In this document: positions 48,006 to 57,878 of the stretch, in pieces | Layout of the letters: every line of letters begins with the position of its first letter | Position numbering within the stretch: position 1 is the stretch's first letter | DNA from: Planctomycetia bacterium | GTDB taxonomy: Bacteria > Planctomycetota > MHYJ01 > WSZJ01 | DNA length: 64,000 bases | NCBI GenBank assembly: GCA_020849035.1 | Contig: JADLHC010000114.1 | Location: 4,923 to 68,922 of the forward strand | Direction of reading: 5' to 3' | The notes under the pieces: generated by a model | Told to the model about the DNA's origin: nothing | Seen by the model: the letters and a program-made list of their open reading frames with translations, nothing else | The model's database searches: none | Position numbers and translations under genes: made by a program

Positions 48006-49289
48006 ATGCCCCGGCCCCTCTTCCTCGCCGCCTCCATCCTGTTCCTCGCCGGCCTCGCCCGCGCCGAGTCCGGACCGCTCGACGCACTTCTGGAGAAGCT
48101 CGACGCTCGCGCGGCGGAGTTGCAGGCGGCGCTGGTGAAGGACGGGCACGCGGGGGCGAAGGTGGCGGGGCTGGCGTCGCGCGCGTGGGCGAACGGGAAG
48201 ACCCAGGACCGGCGGCGGGCATACGAGGCGGCGACGTTCAGCTTCGAGCACGGGCTGCGGGACGACCCGGAGAAGGTGACGCACAACGACTGGGACGTGC
48301 TGTTCGGGAACGGGGAGGACATTTTCGACGTGCAAACGGTGACGGACGACACGAGCCGGATCTGGGACCTGGGGGAGGTGGACTTCGACGGGTTCTCCGT
48401 GAAGAACCTGACGAAGGAGCAGCGGGAGGGGAAGGACCGGGTCCCGGCGGTGAACGGGCATGTCTACGTGATCCACACGGTGGACACGGAGACGAACCTG
48501 TGGGCGAAGCTGAAGGTCCTGGCCCTGACGAAGGGGACGTCAGTGGTCTTCCGGTGGGAGGTGATCGGGGACCCGGCGGAGGTGCAGGACCTGGATCAGG
48601 CGCCGGGCACGGGGCTGCGGACGGGCCGCGTGCGGATCCAGCTGCGCTCGGGCGCGATCGGCGGCAACCCGGTGCGCGCGCACATGAACGGCGAGGTGAG
48701 CGGGCACATCGACGCGGCCGGCGCCGCGCCGCTGGACATGACCGGGAAGGTCGGCAGCGAGGAGCCGCAGCAGGCGCACGTGGACGGGGGCACGATCCCC
48801 GCGGGCAAGGTGTGGATCCTCCGCCGAGTCCGGTACTCGGGCCTGTGCGGCAGCGACTCGAACGGCGACGGGCCTTTCGTGGTGACCGTGGCCGGCAAGG
48901 AGCTCGCGCGCGTCGAGCCCGGCACGGGCGGCTTTCAGTCGGAATGGAAAGGCCGAATCGTCCTCCGCCCCGGCGCCGAGGACGGCGTGCGCGTCGAGAT
49001 CTCGAACTCCTCGCGCTGCGAGGCGGTCTTCGAAGGCGCGCTGGTGGACGAGAAATGGGCGGACGTCGAGAAGATCCCCGCGCTGACGGCGGAGGAGCGC
49101 AAGACGGCCGAGCGGCTGGTGACGGAGCTGGACGACGACGACTCCGACGTGCGCGAAAGGGCGAGCCGCCGCCTCGAGGAGCTTGGGCCGCCGGTCGTGG
49201 AGTTCCTGAAGGGACTGAAGAGGGACGCAATGTCGGCGGAGGTCAAGGCACGGGTGAAGGACCTGCTGGCGGTGTTCGGGGAGGAGTAG
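48006..49289 (+). CDS. Hypothetical secreted protein
   Basis: ORF 48006..49289 behind AGGAG. Signal peptide MPRPLFLAASILFLAGLARA. Ordinary composition, helical acidic C-terminus. No family recognised. Confidence 0.75.
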   Translation: MPRPLFLAASILFLAGLARAESGPLDALLEKLDARAAELQAALVKDGHAGAKVAGLASRAWANGKTQDRRRAYEAATFSFEHGLRDDPEKVTHNDWDVLFGNGEDIFDVQTVTDDTSRIWDLGEVDFDGFSVKNLTKEQREGKDRVPAVNGHVYVIHTVDTETNLWAKLKVLALTKGTSVVFRWEVIGDPAEVQDLDQAPGTGLRTGRVRIQLRSGAIGGNPVRAHMNGEVSGHIDAAGAAPLDMTGKVGSEEPQQAHVDGGTIPAGKVWILRRVRYSGLCGSDSNGDGPFVVTVAGKELARVEPGTGGFQSEWKGRIVLRPGAEDGVRVEISNSSRCEAVFEGALVDEKWADVEKIPALTAEERKTAERLVTELDDDDSDVRERASRRLEELGPPVVEFLKGLKRDAMSAEVKARVKDLLAVFGEE

Positions 49290-49309
49290 CGCCCTCTGCC
49301 TGGACACGC

Positions 49310-49433
49310 GATTTGAGCGCGTGGAAGGGGCGTGCGGGCCGGGCGGAGCCGGCGCGGACTCCTCACCCCATACGGCCGCCATCAGGCGGGCCGGCGCAGC
49401 CTGGCCCGCCCGCCCCTTCCACGCGCTCAAATC
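49310..49433. repeat. 33-nt near-perfect inverted repeat with ~57-nt loop between convergent genes
   Basis: GATTTGAGCGCGTGGAAGGGGCGTGCGGGCCGG (49310-49342) pairs with CCTGGCCCGCCCGCCCCTTCCACGCGCTCAAATC (49400-49433). The right arm contains the radical SAM stop codon (49427-49429). Confidence 0.85.
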
Positions 49434-50737
49434 GGCCGGCTCGACACCCCGTCAAACGTCCTCAGCGTCCGCCTCTCGTCGATCCCCTCGTAGAAGTCCT
49501 CCCACAGCTGCAGGAATCCGCCCAGCAGCTCGTCCTTCGTCATCCCCTTCGGCTCGAATACCACGTTTCCCGTGTTCCACTGCTCGTAGTTGCGGTGCAG
49601 CAGGCGCCCTTCGTCCTCGCACACCTTCCCGAACGGCGTCCCGGGGAACGGCGTCTCGATGTAGAACTCGGCGAGGTCGATGCGGGCGTCGCGGCAGAAG
49701 CGGATGATGCGCTTGAAGACGCCGGCGTCCTGCCCGTCGGTGCCGACGCCGAAGGATCCGAAGAAGTGGATGCCGGCGTCCTCGTTCATGCGGACGAGGT
49801 CGATGCCGGCCTGCCACTCGGAGGGCGTGCAGTCGGCGCTGAGGAGGCGGCGTGAGAGCCGGTCGAAACCGAACACGGTGTACATCGAGCTCGTCCCGCC
49901 CTCGGCGAGCTTCCGGTAGAACTCGGGGTCGGGGAACATCATCATCGTCGAGGCGAGGAAGATGCTCAGCCCGCGGCCCTTCGTCCGCTCCATCAGGTCG
50001 AGCAGGTACTTCTGGATGCGCCGCTTGTTCGGGAGCATCACGGTGTCGTCGATGATGTAGAACTGCTTGAACGGCATGCTCTCGATGTCCTCGATCACCT
50101 TGTCGATCGGCCGGTAGCGGATGTCGAGGCCTTCCTTGAGCGGGATCGGGCAGCCCGTGCACTGCACCGGGCAGCCGCGCGTCACCAGCACGAGGTGCGC
50201 GCTCCAGTTGTAGTCCTTGCCGTCGAAGATGTCGCGGCGCGGGATCGGGAGCTGCGCCAGGTCGTACTCCCCCTTCGGCCGGTACATCCGCTTCAGCGCC
50301 CCCGTCCGCACGTCGTCCAGGATTTCGCCCCAGACCGGCTCGACCTCGCCGACGCACACGGCGTCCGCGTGCTCGAGCGCCTCCTGCGGCCGGCAACTCG
50401 GGTGGATCCCGCCCATGATGACCTTCGTGCCGCGCCTGCGGTACTCGTCGGCGATCTCGTAGGCGCGCGTCGCCTGGGGTGTGAAGAAGCTGATCGCGAC
50501 GAGGTCGGTTTTCTCGTCGAAATCAATCGGCTTCCCGATGTTGTCGTCGGTGAGGCTGAGCTCGACGTCCGGGGGCGTGAGCGCCGCGATGATCGGCAGC
50601 CCGAGCGGAGGCGGCATCGTGTAGTTGCCGACCTCGTACTTCTGGATGAGCGGCTTGAGCCGGTCGTGCCCGTCGAGGAACTTGCGGAAGCGCGGGTAGA
50701 CGAGCCGGAGCTTGAGGTCGCGCGAAGTCATGGTCAC
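49427..50737 (-). CDS. B12-binding-domain radical SAM enzyme, function unknown
   Basis: ORF 49427..50737. N-terminal cobalamin-binding-like domain (DLVAISFFTPQATRAYEIADEYRRRGTKVIMGGIH). Cluster motif GCPVQCTGC (CxxxCxxC). Confidence 0.85.
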   Translation of the reverse strand: MTMTSRDLKLRLVYPRFRKFLDGHDRLKPLIQKYEVGNYTMPPPLGLPIIAALTPPDVELSLTDDNIGKPIDFDEKTDLVAISFFTPQATRAYEIADEYRRRGTKVIMGGIHPSCRPQEALEHADAVCVGEVEPVWGEILDDVRTGALKRMYRPKGEYDLAQLPIPRRDIFDGKDYNWSAHLVLVTRGCPVQCTGCPIPLKEGLDIRYRPIDKVIEDIESMPFKQFYIIDDTVMLPNKRRIQKYLLDLMERTKGRGLSIFLASTMMMFPDPEFYRKLAEGGTSSMYTVFGFDRLSRRLLSADCTPSEWQAGIDLVRMNEDAGIHFFGSFGVGTDGQDAGVFKRIIRFCRDARIDLAEFYIETPFPGTPFGKVCEDEGRLLHRNYEQWNTGNVVFEPKGMTKDELLGGFLQLWEDFYEGIDERRTLRTFDGVSSRPI

Positions 50738-51127
50738 CGCCCGGGAGACGCGGGGATCGGAGTCGGGGCGGGACGCGACCGCCGACCCCCATCGAACGGG
50801 CGCGCCGGTTAAGGATACCGCAAGGGGCGGCGTATGCGTGAGGAGAGAGGGGGGCGAAATCCGGCGCGAACTGCTGCCGGCTTCAACGGACCTTCAGGTC
50901 GGAAATTCAGCCACCCAGTTGGGGAAAGTCCACAGGTCCCGCGCCGAGTTTCTCACTGATGGCCCTCCCACCGCCTCCCTTCCGAGAGAAACACCCGTCG
51001 CGACCCTGCCACCCGTTCGGGCCCGCTTTTCGCTTTCCATGAGGCGGGGAAGCGCACCGAACCGGGCTCCCTCACTGCGGCGGTTTCGGCAGATTTCGGA
51101 CCATCAGGTAGGGAATCGGAGGGCCGG

Positions 51128-51541
51128 ATGCTCTCGGAAACCTCGGAACACGTCCTGCGCGCGCTCCACTGGCTGGCCACACGGCCCGCCGGTACCGCCG
51201 CAACCGCCGAGGACATCGCCGCCGGCGCCCGCGTCCCACGCCAGTACATGAGCAAGATCCTCCGCCGCCTCTCACGCACGAAAGTCCTCGAAGCCCGCCG
51301 CGGCGTCGGCGGCGGCTACCGCCTCGCACGCCCCACCGACCAGATCCGCCTCAGCGACATCGTCGGCCCCTTCGAACGCCCTCACCCCGACGACCTCTGC
51401 ATCTTCGGCGGCGGCCGCCCCTGCGGCGATAACGCCGCCTGCTCCCTCCACCAGCGCTGGGGCGCTATCCGCGATTCCCTCTTCCGCTTCCTCCATGACA
51501 CCTCGCTGGCCGACATGATCCGCGGCGGAGGCGCGGCCTGA
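51128..51541 (+). CDS. Rrf2-family (IscR/NsrR-like) transcriptional regulator
   Basis: ORF 51128..51541 behind GGAGGG. wHTH ([22 protein letters not shown]), GGGYRLAR, ligand set C-x7-C-x5-C-x2-H ([18 protein letters not shown]). Confidence 0.88.
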   Translation: MLSETSEHVLRALHWLATRPAGTAATAEDIAAGARVPRQYMSKILRRLSRTKVLEARRGVGGGYRLARPTDQIRLSDIVGPFERPHPDDLCIFGGGRPCGDNAACSLHQRWGAIRDSLFRFLHDTSLADMIRGGGAA

Positions 51542-51623
51542 ACGACGGCCGGCGTCCCGCCGCACGCCGCAAACACAGACAACCGGACAGCTCGACCCCT
51601 TCCAGGACCTTGGGAGAACCGAA

Positions 51624-54600
51624 ATGAGCCAGATCACACGGAGAACATTCCTGAAGGACGTCTCGGCCGCGGGCTTCGGCGCCCTCGCGCTCTCCGCCCT
51701 CGACAGCTGGGGCGCGGACGCCTTCCCCAACCCGCTCGAGAAGTACCCGAACCGCGACTGGGAGAAGACCTACCGCGACCTCTGGAAGTACGACTCGGTC
51801 TTCACGTTCACCTGCGCGCCGAACGACACGCACAACTGCATCCTCAACGCCTACGTGCGCAACGGCGTCGTCACGCGCATCGGGCCGAGCATGAAGTACG
51901 GGCTCGCCGAGGACGCCGACGGCAAGAAGATCTCCTCCCACCGCTGGGACCCGCGCGTGTGCCAGAAGGGCCTGGCGCTGACGCGGCGGTTCTACGGCGA
52001 CCGGCGCGTCCGGCACTGCATGGTGCGCGAGGGGTGGAAGAAGTGGGTCGAGGCGGGGTTTCCGCGGGGCGAGGACGGGCTCGCGCCGCGCGAGTTCTTC
52101 AACCGCGGCCGCGACAAGTGGGTCCGGCAGACGCACGAGGAGACGGCGGCGCTGTACGCGAAGGCGCTGGTGAACATCGCGACGACGTACAGCGGCGAGA
52201 AGGGCGCCGCGCTGCTTGAGAAGCAGCACTACTACCCCGAGACGATCGCGGCGATGAAGGGGGCCGGGGTCCAGACGATGAAGTTCCGCGGCGGCATGCC
52301 GCTTCTCGGCGTGACGCGCATCTTCGGGATGTACCGGCTCGCCAACAGCATGGCGCTGCTGGACTCGAAGGTCCGCGGGGTGGACGCGGAGAACGCGCTG
52401 GGGGCGCGCGGATTCGACAACTACTCGTGGCACACGGACCTGCCGCCGGGGCACCCGATGGTGACGGGCCAGCAGACGGTCGAGTGGGACCTGCACGGGG
52501 TGGAGCACTCGAAGACGGTGGTGGTGTGGGGCATGAACTGGATCTCGACGAAGATGCCGGACGCGCACTGGCTGACGGAGGCGCGGGCGAAGGGGACGAA
52601 GGTGATCGTGATCGCGTGCGAGTACTCCTCGACGTCGTCGAAGGCGGACGAGGCGCTGGTGGTGAGGCCCGGGATGACGGGCGCGCTGGCGACGGGATTC
52701 GCGCACGTGATCATGCGGGACAAGCTGTACGACGCGGACTACGTGAAGAAATTCACGGACCTGCCGCTGCTCGTGCGGATGGACACGCTGAAGATGCTGA
52801 GGGCGGCGGACGTGTTCGGCGGCGAGCCGGCGGCGCTCTCGAACTACGTGACGGTGCTCAAGGCGGGCGAGAAGGCGCCGCCCCCGGGCGCGCATAAGAC
52901 GCAGATCGTGACCGAGGAGATGCGGAAGGAGTGGGGCGACTACGTCTGGTGGGACGCGAAGTCGAACGCACCGCAGGCGATCAACCGCGACCAGTGCGGC
53001 AAGAACTCGCCGATCGCGGAGCCGCAGCTGAGCGGCGCGGTCGAGGTGACGCTCAAGGACGGCTCGAAGGTCCGGTGCCGGACGGTCTACGACGTCACCT
53101 GGGAGTACGTCGCGCACTTCGACCCGAAGACGACCGAGGAGCTCACCTGGGCGCCCGCGGCCGCCGTCGAGAGCATCGCGAAGCACATCGCCTCGCAGCC
53201 GGGAACGACGCTCTTCGCCATCGGCATGGGCCCCAACCAGTTCTTCAACTCGGACAACAAGGACCGGTCGCTCTTCCTCCTCGCCGCCCTGACCGGCAAC
53301 ACGGGGCGGATCGGCGGCAACGTCGGCTCGTACGCGGGGAACTACCGGACCGCGCTGTTCAACGGTTCGCCGCAGTACATCAACGAGAACCCGTTCGACC
53401 TGGAGCTCGACCCGGCGAAGCCGGCGCGGCCGAGGCAGTACTGGAAGGCGGAGTCGGCGCACTACTGGAACCACGAGGATCATCCCCTGAAGATGGGCAA
53501 GGAGATGATCACGGGGAGCACGCACATGCCGACGCCGACGAAGACGCTCACGTTCTCGAACGCGAACTCGATCCTGGGAAACGTGAAGTGGCACTACAAC
53601 GTGGTGAACAACGTGCTGCCGAGGATGGAGCTGATCTCGGTGAGCGAGTGGTGGTGGACGGCGTCGTGCGAGTGGGCGGACGTGGTGTGGGCGGCGGACG
53701 CGTGGTTCGAGGCGAAGTTCCCGGACATGACGGCCTCGGTCACGAACCCGTTCCTGTGCGTGTTCCCGAGGACGCCGCTGGAGCGGAGTTTCGAGACCCG
53801 GGGCGACCACGAGATCCTGATGCTGATCGGCCAGGCGCTCGCGAAGGAGACGGGCGACGAGCGCTTCGCCCAGATGTGGAAGTTCATCGCGGAGGGGACG
53901 TCGGAGCCGTACCTCCAGCGGATCCTGAACGCGTCGTCGTGCACGAAGGGGTACAGGATCGCGGAGCTGGAGGAGAAGGCGAAGCAGGGGATCCCGGCGC
54001 TGATGATGGGGCGGACGTACCCGAAGGCGGTGGGATACGAGCAGGTGGAGGATTCGAAGCCCTGGTGGACGAAGACGGGGCGGATGGAGTTCTACCGGGA
54101 GGAGGACGAGTTCATCGCGGCGGGCGAGAACGTGGCGGTTCACCGGGAGCCGATCGACTCGACGTTCTACGAGCCGAACGTGATCGTGGCGCCGAAGCAC
54201 GAGGCGATCAAGCCGAAGGGTCCGGAGGCGTACGGGCTGGACCCGAAGGACCTGTCCTGCGAGGTGCGGCAGGGGCGGAACGTGGTGAAGACGTGGGAGG
54301 AGACGAAGGCGACGCAGCACCCGCTGATGAAGGACGGGTACAAGTTCATCTTCCACACGCCGAAGTACCGCCACGGTTCGCACACGACGCCGATCGACAC
54401 GGACATCAACGCGATGCTGTTCGGGCCGTTCGGGGACATCTACCGGACGGACAAGCGGATGCCGTGGACGACGGAGGGCTACGTGGACATCAACCCGGCC
54501 GACGCGAAGTCGCTGGGCGTGGAGGACGGCGACTACGTGTGGGTCGACGCGGACCCGGAGGACCGGCCGTTCCGGGGCTTCCAGAAGGACAAGGACAACT

Positions 54601-55085
54601 ACAAGGTGGCGCGGCTGATTTGCCGGGCGCGCTACTACCCGGGCACGCCGAAGGGCGTGACGCGGATGTGGTTCAACATGTACGCGGCGACGCCGGGATC
54701 GGTGGAGGGGCACACGACGCGCCCCGACGGGCTCGCGCGCAACCCGCGGACGAACTACCAGGCGATGTTCCGGAGCGGCTCGCACCAGTCCGCCACGCGC
54801 GGCTGGCTCAAGCCGACGCACATGACCGACTCGCTCGTGCGCAAGGACATGTTCGGGCAGACGATCAACAAGGGCTTCATGCCCGACGTCCACTGCCCCG
54901 TCGGCGCGCCGCGCGAGTCCTTCGTGAAGATCTCGAAGGCGGAGCCCGGCGGCCCGGAGGGCAAGGGGCTCTGGCGCCCCGCGGCGCTCGGCTTCCGGCC
55001 GAAATACGAGAACGCGGCTCTGAAGAACTACCTCGCGGGCGGCTACATCAAGGGCCAGGGCGGCAACGGTAAGGAGAAACGGTAA
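51624..55085 (+). CDS. Tat-exported molybdopterin oxidoreductase alpha subunit, type II DMSO reductase family (NarG/NxrA-like)
   Basis: ORF 51624..55085. Twin-arginine signal [20 protein letters not shown]0 motif CAPNDTHNC...C. SWHTDLPP aligns with NarG WYCDLPP (Mo-ligand Asp). [19 protein letters not shown] aligns with NarG PDAHFFTEVRYKGTK. 1153 aa. Confidence 0.9.
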   Translation: MSQITRRTFLKDVSAAGFGALALSALDSWGADAFPNPLEKYPNRDWEKTYRDLWKYDSVFTFTCAPNDTHNCILNAYVRNGVVTRIGPSMKYGLAEDADGKKISSHRWDPRVCQKGLALTRRFYGDRRVRHCMVREGWKKWVEAGFPRGEDGLAPREFFNRGRDKWVRQTHEETAALYAKALVNIATTYSGEKGAALLEKQHYYPETIAAMKGAGVQTMKFRGGMPLLGVTRIFGMYRLANSMALLDSKVRGVDAENALGARGFDNYSWHTDLPPGHPMVTGQQTVEWDLHGVEHSKTVVVWGMNWISTKMPDAHWLTEARAKGTKVIVIACEYSSTSSKADEALVVRPGMTGALATGFAHVIMRDKLYDADYVKKFTDLPLLVRMDTLKMLRAADVFGGEPAALSNYVTVLKAGEKAPPPGAHKTQIVTEEMRKEWGDYVWWDAKSNAPQAINRDQCGKNSPIAEPQLSGAVEVTLKDGSKVRCRTVYDVTWEYVAHFDPKTTEELTWAPAAAVESIAKHIASQPGTTLFAIGMGPNQFFNSDNKDRSLFLLAALTGNTGRIGGNVGSYAGNYRTALFNGSPQYINENPFDLELDPAKPARPRQYWKAESAHYWNHEDHPLKMGKEMITGSTHMPTPTKTLTFSNANSILGNVKWHYNVVNNVLPRMELISVSEWWWTASCEWADVVWAADAWFEAKFPDMTASVTNPFLCVFPRTPLERSFETRGDHEILMLIGQALAKETGDERFAQMWKFIAEGTSEPYLQRILNASSCTKGYRIAELEEKAKQGIPALMMGRTYPKAVGYEQVEDSKPWWTKTGRMEFYREEDEFIAAGENVAVHREPIDSTFYEPNVIVAPKHEAIKPKGPEAYGLDPKDLSCEVRQGRNVVKTWEETKATQHPLMKDGYKFIFHTPKYRHGSHTTPIDTDINAMLFGPFGDIYRTDKRMPWTTEGYVDINPADAKSLGVEDGDYVWVDADPEDRPFRGFQKDKDNYKVARLICRARYYPGTPKGVTRMWFNMYAATPGSVEGHTTRPDGLARNPRTNYQAMFRSGSHQSATRGWLKPTHMTDSLVRKDMFGQTINKGFMPDVHCPVGAPRESFVKISKAEPGGPEGKGLWRPAALGFRPKYENAALKNYLAGGYIKGQGGNGKEKR

Positions 55086-56215
55086 TGGCCAAGGTCTACA
55101 ACTGGCAGCTCGGGCGCGAGATGACCTACTGGTACCCCGAGGTGCGTCCGCAGAAGCAGTTCGCCGGCATCTTCGACGTGAACAAGTGCATCGCCTGCCA
55201 GACCTGCACGCTGGCCTGCAAGACGACGTGGACCAGCGGCAAGGGGCAGGAGTACATGCTCTGGAACAGCGTCGAGACCAAGCCGTACGGGTACTACCCG
55301 CTCGGCTGGGACGTGAAGCTCCTCGACCTGCTCGGTGCGCAGAGCTTCGCCGAGGACGGCAAGTACGCAGGCAAGACGATCTTCGAGTCCGCCCCCGCGG
55401 GCGAGCGCGTCCAGGGCTGGCGCCCGACGCAGCGCGACTACGCCTACCCCAACGTGGGCGAAGACGACTGCGCGGGCGGCGTGGACAAGGGCGCCCACCT
55501 GACCCTTCCCCACATGAACTGGTTCTTCTACCTCGCCCGCACGTGCTGCCACTGCACCTACCCGGGCTGCCTCGCCTCCTGCCCGCGCGGCTCGATCTAC
55601 AAGAGGCCGGAAGACGGCATCGTCCTCGTGGACCAGAGCCGGTGCCGCGGCTACCAGGAGTGCGTGAAAGGCTGCCCCTACAAGCGCACCTTCTTCAACC
55701 CGATGACGGGGACGACGGAGAAGTGCGTCGGGTGCCTCCCGAAGCACGAAGCGGGGCTCGCGCCGCAGTGCTTCCAGAACTGCATCGGGAAGATCCGGCT
55801 CGCCGGGCACATCTCGAAGCCGGACAAGATGCGCGAGGACAACCCGATGGACTTCCTCGTGCACGTCAAGAAGGTCGCCCTGCCGCTCTTCCCGCAGTTC
55901 GGGACGGAGCCGAACATGTTCTACGTCCCGCCGATCCACGCGCCTGCGGAGTTCCTCCGGCAGATTTTCGGCCCGGGCGTGGAGGCGGCGCAGAAGACGT
56001 ACTTCAACGCGCACAAGGACATGGACCTGGCGGGCCTGCTGACGCTGTTCGGGAGCACGGAGCAGATCATCGACAGGTTCAAGCGGGAGAAGGAGACGAT
56101 GATCGGCTGGAACGAGAAGGGGGAGGAGATCATCCGGGTTCCGATCACGGAGCCGACGTACATCCGCGAGGCGCTGGCGTCGGCGCGCGGGGTGCTTTCG
56201 ACGAACGTGCCGTAA
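55085..56215 (+). CDS. Iron-sulfur beta subunit (NarH/NxrB-like, four-cluster ferredoxin)
   Basis: ORF 55085..56215 (TAATG overlap). [42 protein letters not shown]...CFQNC. The N-terminus [13 protein letters not shown] resembles NxrB-type sequences as I recall them. Confidence 0.9.
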   Translation: MAKVYNWQLGREMTYWYPEVRPQKQFAGIFDVNKCIACQTCTLACKTTWTSGKGQEYMLWNSVETKPYGYYPLGWDVKLLDLLGAQSFAEDGKYAGKTIFESAPAGERVQGWRPTQRDYAYPNVGEDDCAGGVDKGAHLTLPHMNWFFYLARTCCHCTYPGCLASCPRGSIYKRPEDGIVLVDQSRCRGYQECVKGCPYKRTFFNPMTGTTEKCVGCLPKHEAGLAPQCFQNCIGKIRLAGHISKPDKMREDNPMDFLVHVKKVALPLFPQFGTEPNMFYVPPIHAPAEFLRQIFGPGVEAAQKTYFNAHKDMDLAGLLTLFGSTEQIIDRFKREKETMIGWNEKGEEIIRVPITEPTYIREALASARGVLSTNVP

Positions 56216-56274
56216 GGAAGGCGGACCTGGTGACGGCCGGAGACGAAGGACAACACAGGATCGGAGGACGAGCG

Positions 56275-57159
56275 ATGACCCGGAAGAATGCGATTCGCCC
56301 CGCGGCGCTGGCGCTGGGGGCGTTCCTTGCGGTGGCGGCGGGCTGCGGCAAGAAGGAACCGCCGAAGCCGGCGGCGCCTGCGGCGTTCACGGCGGTGCAG
56401 GCGGCGACGCTGCCTGCGGCGCCGGACGACGCGGCGTGGGGCTCGGCATCGGAGTTCACGGTGGCGATGCTCAAGCAGGACCTGGTGGACCCGCGGAAAC
56501 TGACGGCGGGGGTAGAGGAGATCAAGGTGAAGGCGATCACGGACGGGAAGATGATCGCGTACCGGATCGAGTGGGAGGACGGATCGAAGCACGACTCGAA
56601 GGCGCCGGCGGAGTTCCACGACGCGTGCGCTGTGCAGATGCCGGCGACGTGGTCGGCGGAGCCGCCGTCCGCGCAGATGGGGCAGCCGGGGCAGCCGGTG
56701 ATCATCACCTACTGGGCGTCCTCGATGCAGGCGATCGTGGACGGCCGCCCGCACGACCTCAAGCAGTACTATCCGAACGCGCAGATCGACCACTATCCGT
56801 TCCAGGCTCCGGTCCTCGACAAGGATCCTGCGAAGAAGAAGGAAATGGAGAACCTGTACGCGCCTGCGCACGCGCTGGGGAACGACGTGGCGGCGGCGCC
56901 GACGAAGGCGGTGCAGGACCTGACGGCGGAGGGGCCGGGAACGCTGCGGCCTGCGTCCTCGACGAACGCGAACGGCCGGGGCGTGCGAACGGGGAACGGC
57001 TGGGCCGTCGTGATCGTGCGGCCGCTTCCGGCCGGCCTTGCGCCCGGGTCGCCCGCGGTCGTGGCCTTCGCGGTGTGGAACGGCGCGGGCAGCGACGTGG
57101 GCTCGCGCAAGGTGAGGTCTGAGTGGGTTCCCGTCACGATGCCGGGAGGTGCGAAATGA
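56275..57159 (+). CDS. Gamma subunit, haem b-binding EB_dh (ethylbenzene dehydrogenase gamma/NxrC-like) domain, lipoprotein signal
   Basis: ATG 56275 (GGAGGA 6 nt upstream) in ORF 55186..57159. Lipobox VAAGC. Candidate Met (CAVQMPATW) and Lys (VGSRKVRSEW) haem ligands. Confidence 0.75.
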   Translation: MTRKNAIRPAALALGAFLAVAAGCGKKEPPKPAAPAAFTAVQAATLPAAPDDAAWGSASEFTVAMLKQDLVDPRKLTAGVEEIKVKAITDGKMIAYRIEWEDGSKHDSKAPAEFHDACAVQMPATWSAEPPSAQMGQPGQPVIITYWASSMQAIVDGRPHDLKQYYPNAQIDHYPFQAPVLDKDPAKKKEMENLYAPAHALGNDVAAAPTKAVQDLTAEGPGTLRPASSTNANGRGVRTGNGWAVVIVRPLPAGLAPGSPAVVAFAVWNGAGSDVGSRKVRSEWVPVTMPGGAK

Positions 57160-57812
57160 GCGCGAATCCGGCGGCGGCGGACGGCTTCACGGCGGAAACG
57201 CGGGACGCGCTCACGAAGGCGGCGGACCTGCGGCTGATCGGGCTGCTGTTCGAACGCCCGTCGGAGTCGAGGCGCCGCCACGTGGCGGCGCTCGGGGCGG
57301 AGTGCGCGGACGCCGGGCTGCGTGAACTGGCGATGCTGATGACGGACGTCGACGAGGGATCCTACCAGTCGGTCTTCGGCAGCGGCGGCCCCGTGTCGCC
57401 GCGCCAGGCGGCCTACATCGGCCGCAGGGACCCCGCACGCGCCATGGCGGAGCTCTCCGAACTGTACGGAGCCTTCGGCTTCACACCGTCCCCAGGCGAA
57501 CCGCTGGATCATGTGGCGACGGAAGCGGGGTTCGCGGCGTTCCTGTACATGAAGGAGGCCTACGCCGTGTCGCAGGGCAACACCGAGGCGGCCGAGATCA
57601 CCGCCGCGGCGCGGAAGACGTTCGTAGAGGACCACCTCCGCCTGCTCGCCAACGGCCTGCTGCGGCGCCTGGGCGACGCGCCCGAGGCTCTCCAGAAGCT
57701 CGCGGCGGCGCTCGTGGACAGGGTCGGAACGTTGGCGGAGGAGGAGGATCTGGACACGCTGGAGCCGGAAGAAGAGATGTCCTGCGGCCTCCCGCCCGAC
57801 CAGCCTTCCTAG
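57156..57812 (+). CDS. Delta subunit, TorD/NarJ/DmsD-family maturation chaperone
   Basis: ATG 57156 overlaps the gamma stop (ATGA) behind GGGAGG. Helical protein with LRLIGLLFERP...YQSVFG...PLDHVATEAGFAAFL pattern. Confidence 0.7.
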   Translation: MSANPAAADGFTAETRDALTKAADLRLIGLLFERPSESRRRHVAALGAECADAGLRELAMLMTDVDEGSYQSVFGSGGPVSPRQAAYIGRRDPARAMAELSELYGAFGFTPSPGEPLDHVATEAGFAAFLYMKEAYAVSQGNTEAAEITAAARKTFVEDHLRLLANGLLRRLGDAPEALQKLAAALVDRVGTLAEEEDLDTLEPEEEMSCGLPPDQPS

Positions 57813-57836
57813 GCCATCGACCGGACAGTGCATCCC

Positions 57837-57870
57837 GCGAGGCGGCCGCAAGGCCGCCTCGCTCGTTTTC
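57837..57870. terminator. Rho-independent-type terminator between convergent operons
   Basis: GCGAGGCGGCC-GCAA-GGCCGCCTCGC (11-bp perfect stem, GNRA-like loop) followed by TCGTTTTC. Confidence 0.8.
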
Positions 57871-57878
57871 GGACCGCG

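Noticed and set aside
47840-51127. tRNA-Met followed by hypothetical and radical SAM genes as an integrated genomic island.
   Set aside because: No integrase or recombinase, no repeat of the tRNA 3' end that I could find by eye, and no obvious GC shift in the coding regions downstream.
50738-51127. 390-nt spacer between the radical SAM and Rrf2 genes as a riboswitch, sRNA or small-peptide locus.
   Set aside because: I could not recognise any known riboswitch core, convincing hairpin-terminator pair, or SD-preceded small ORF. It is left unannotated rather than guessed.
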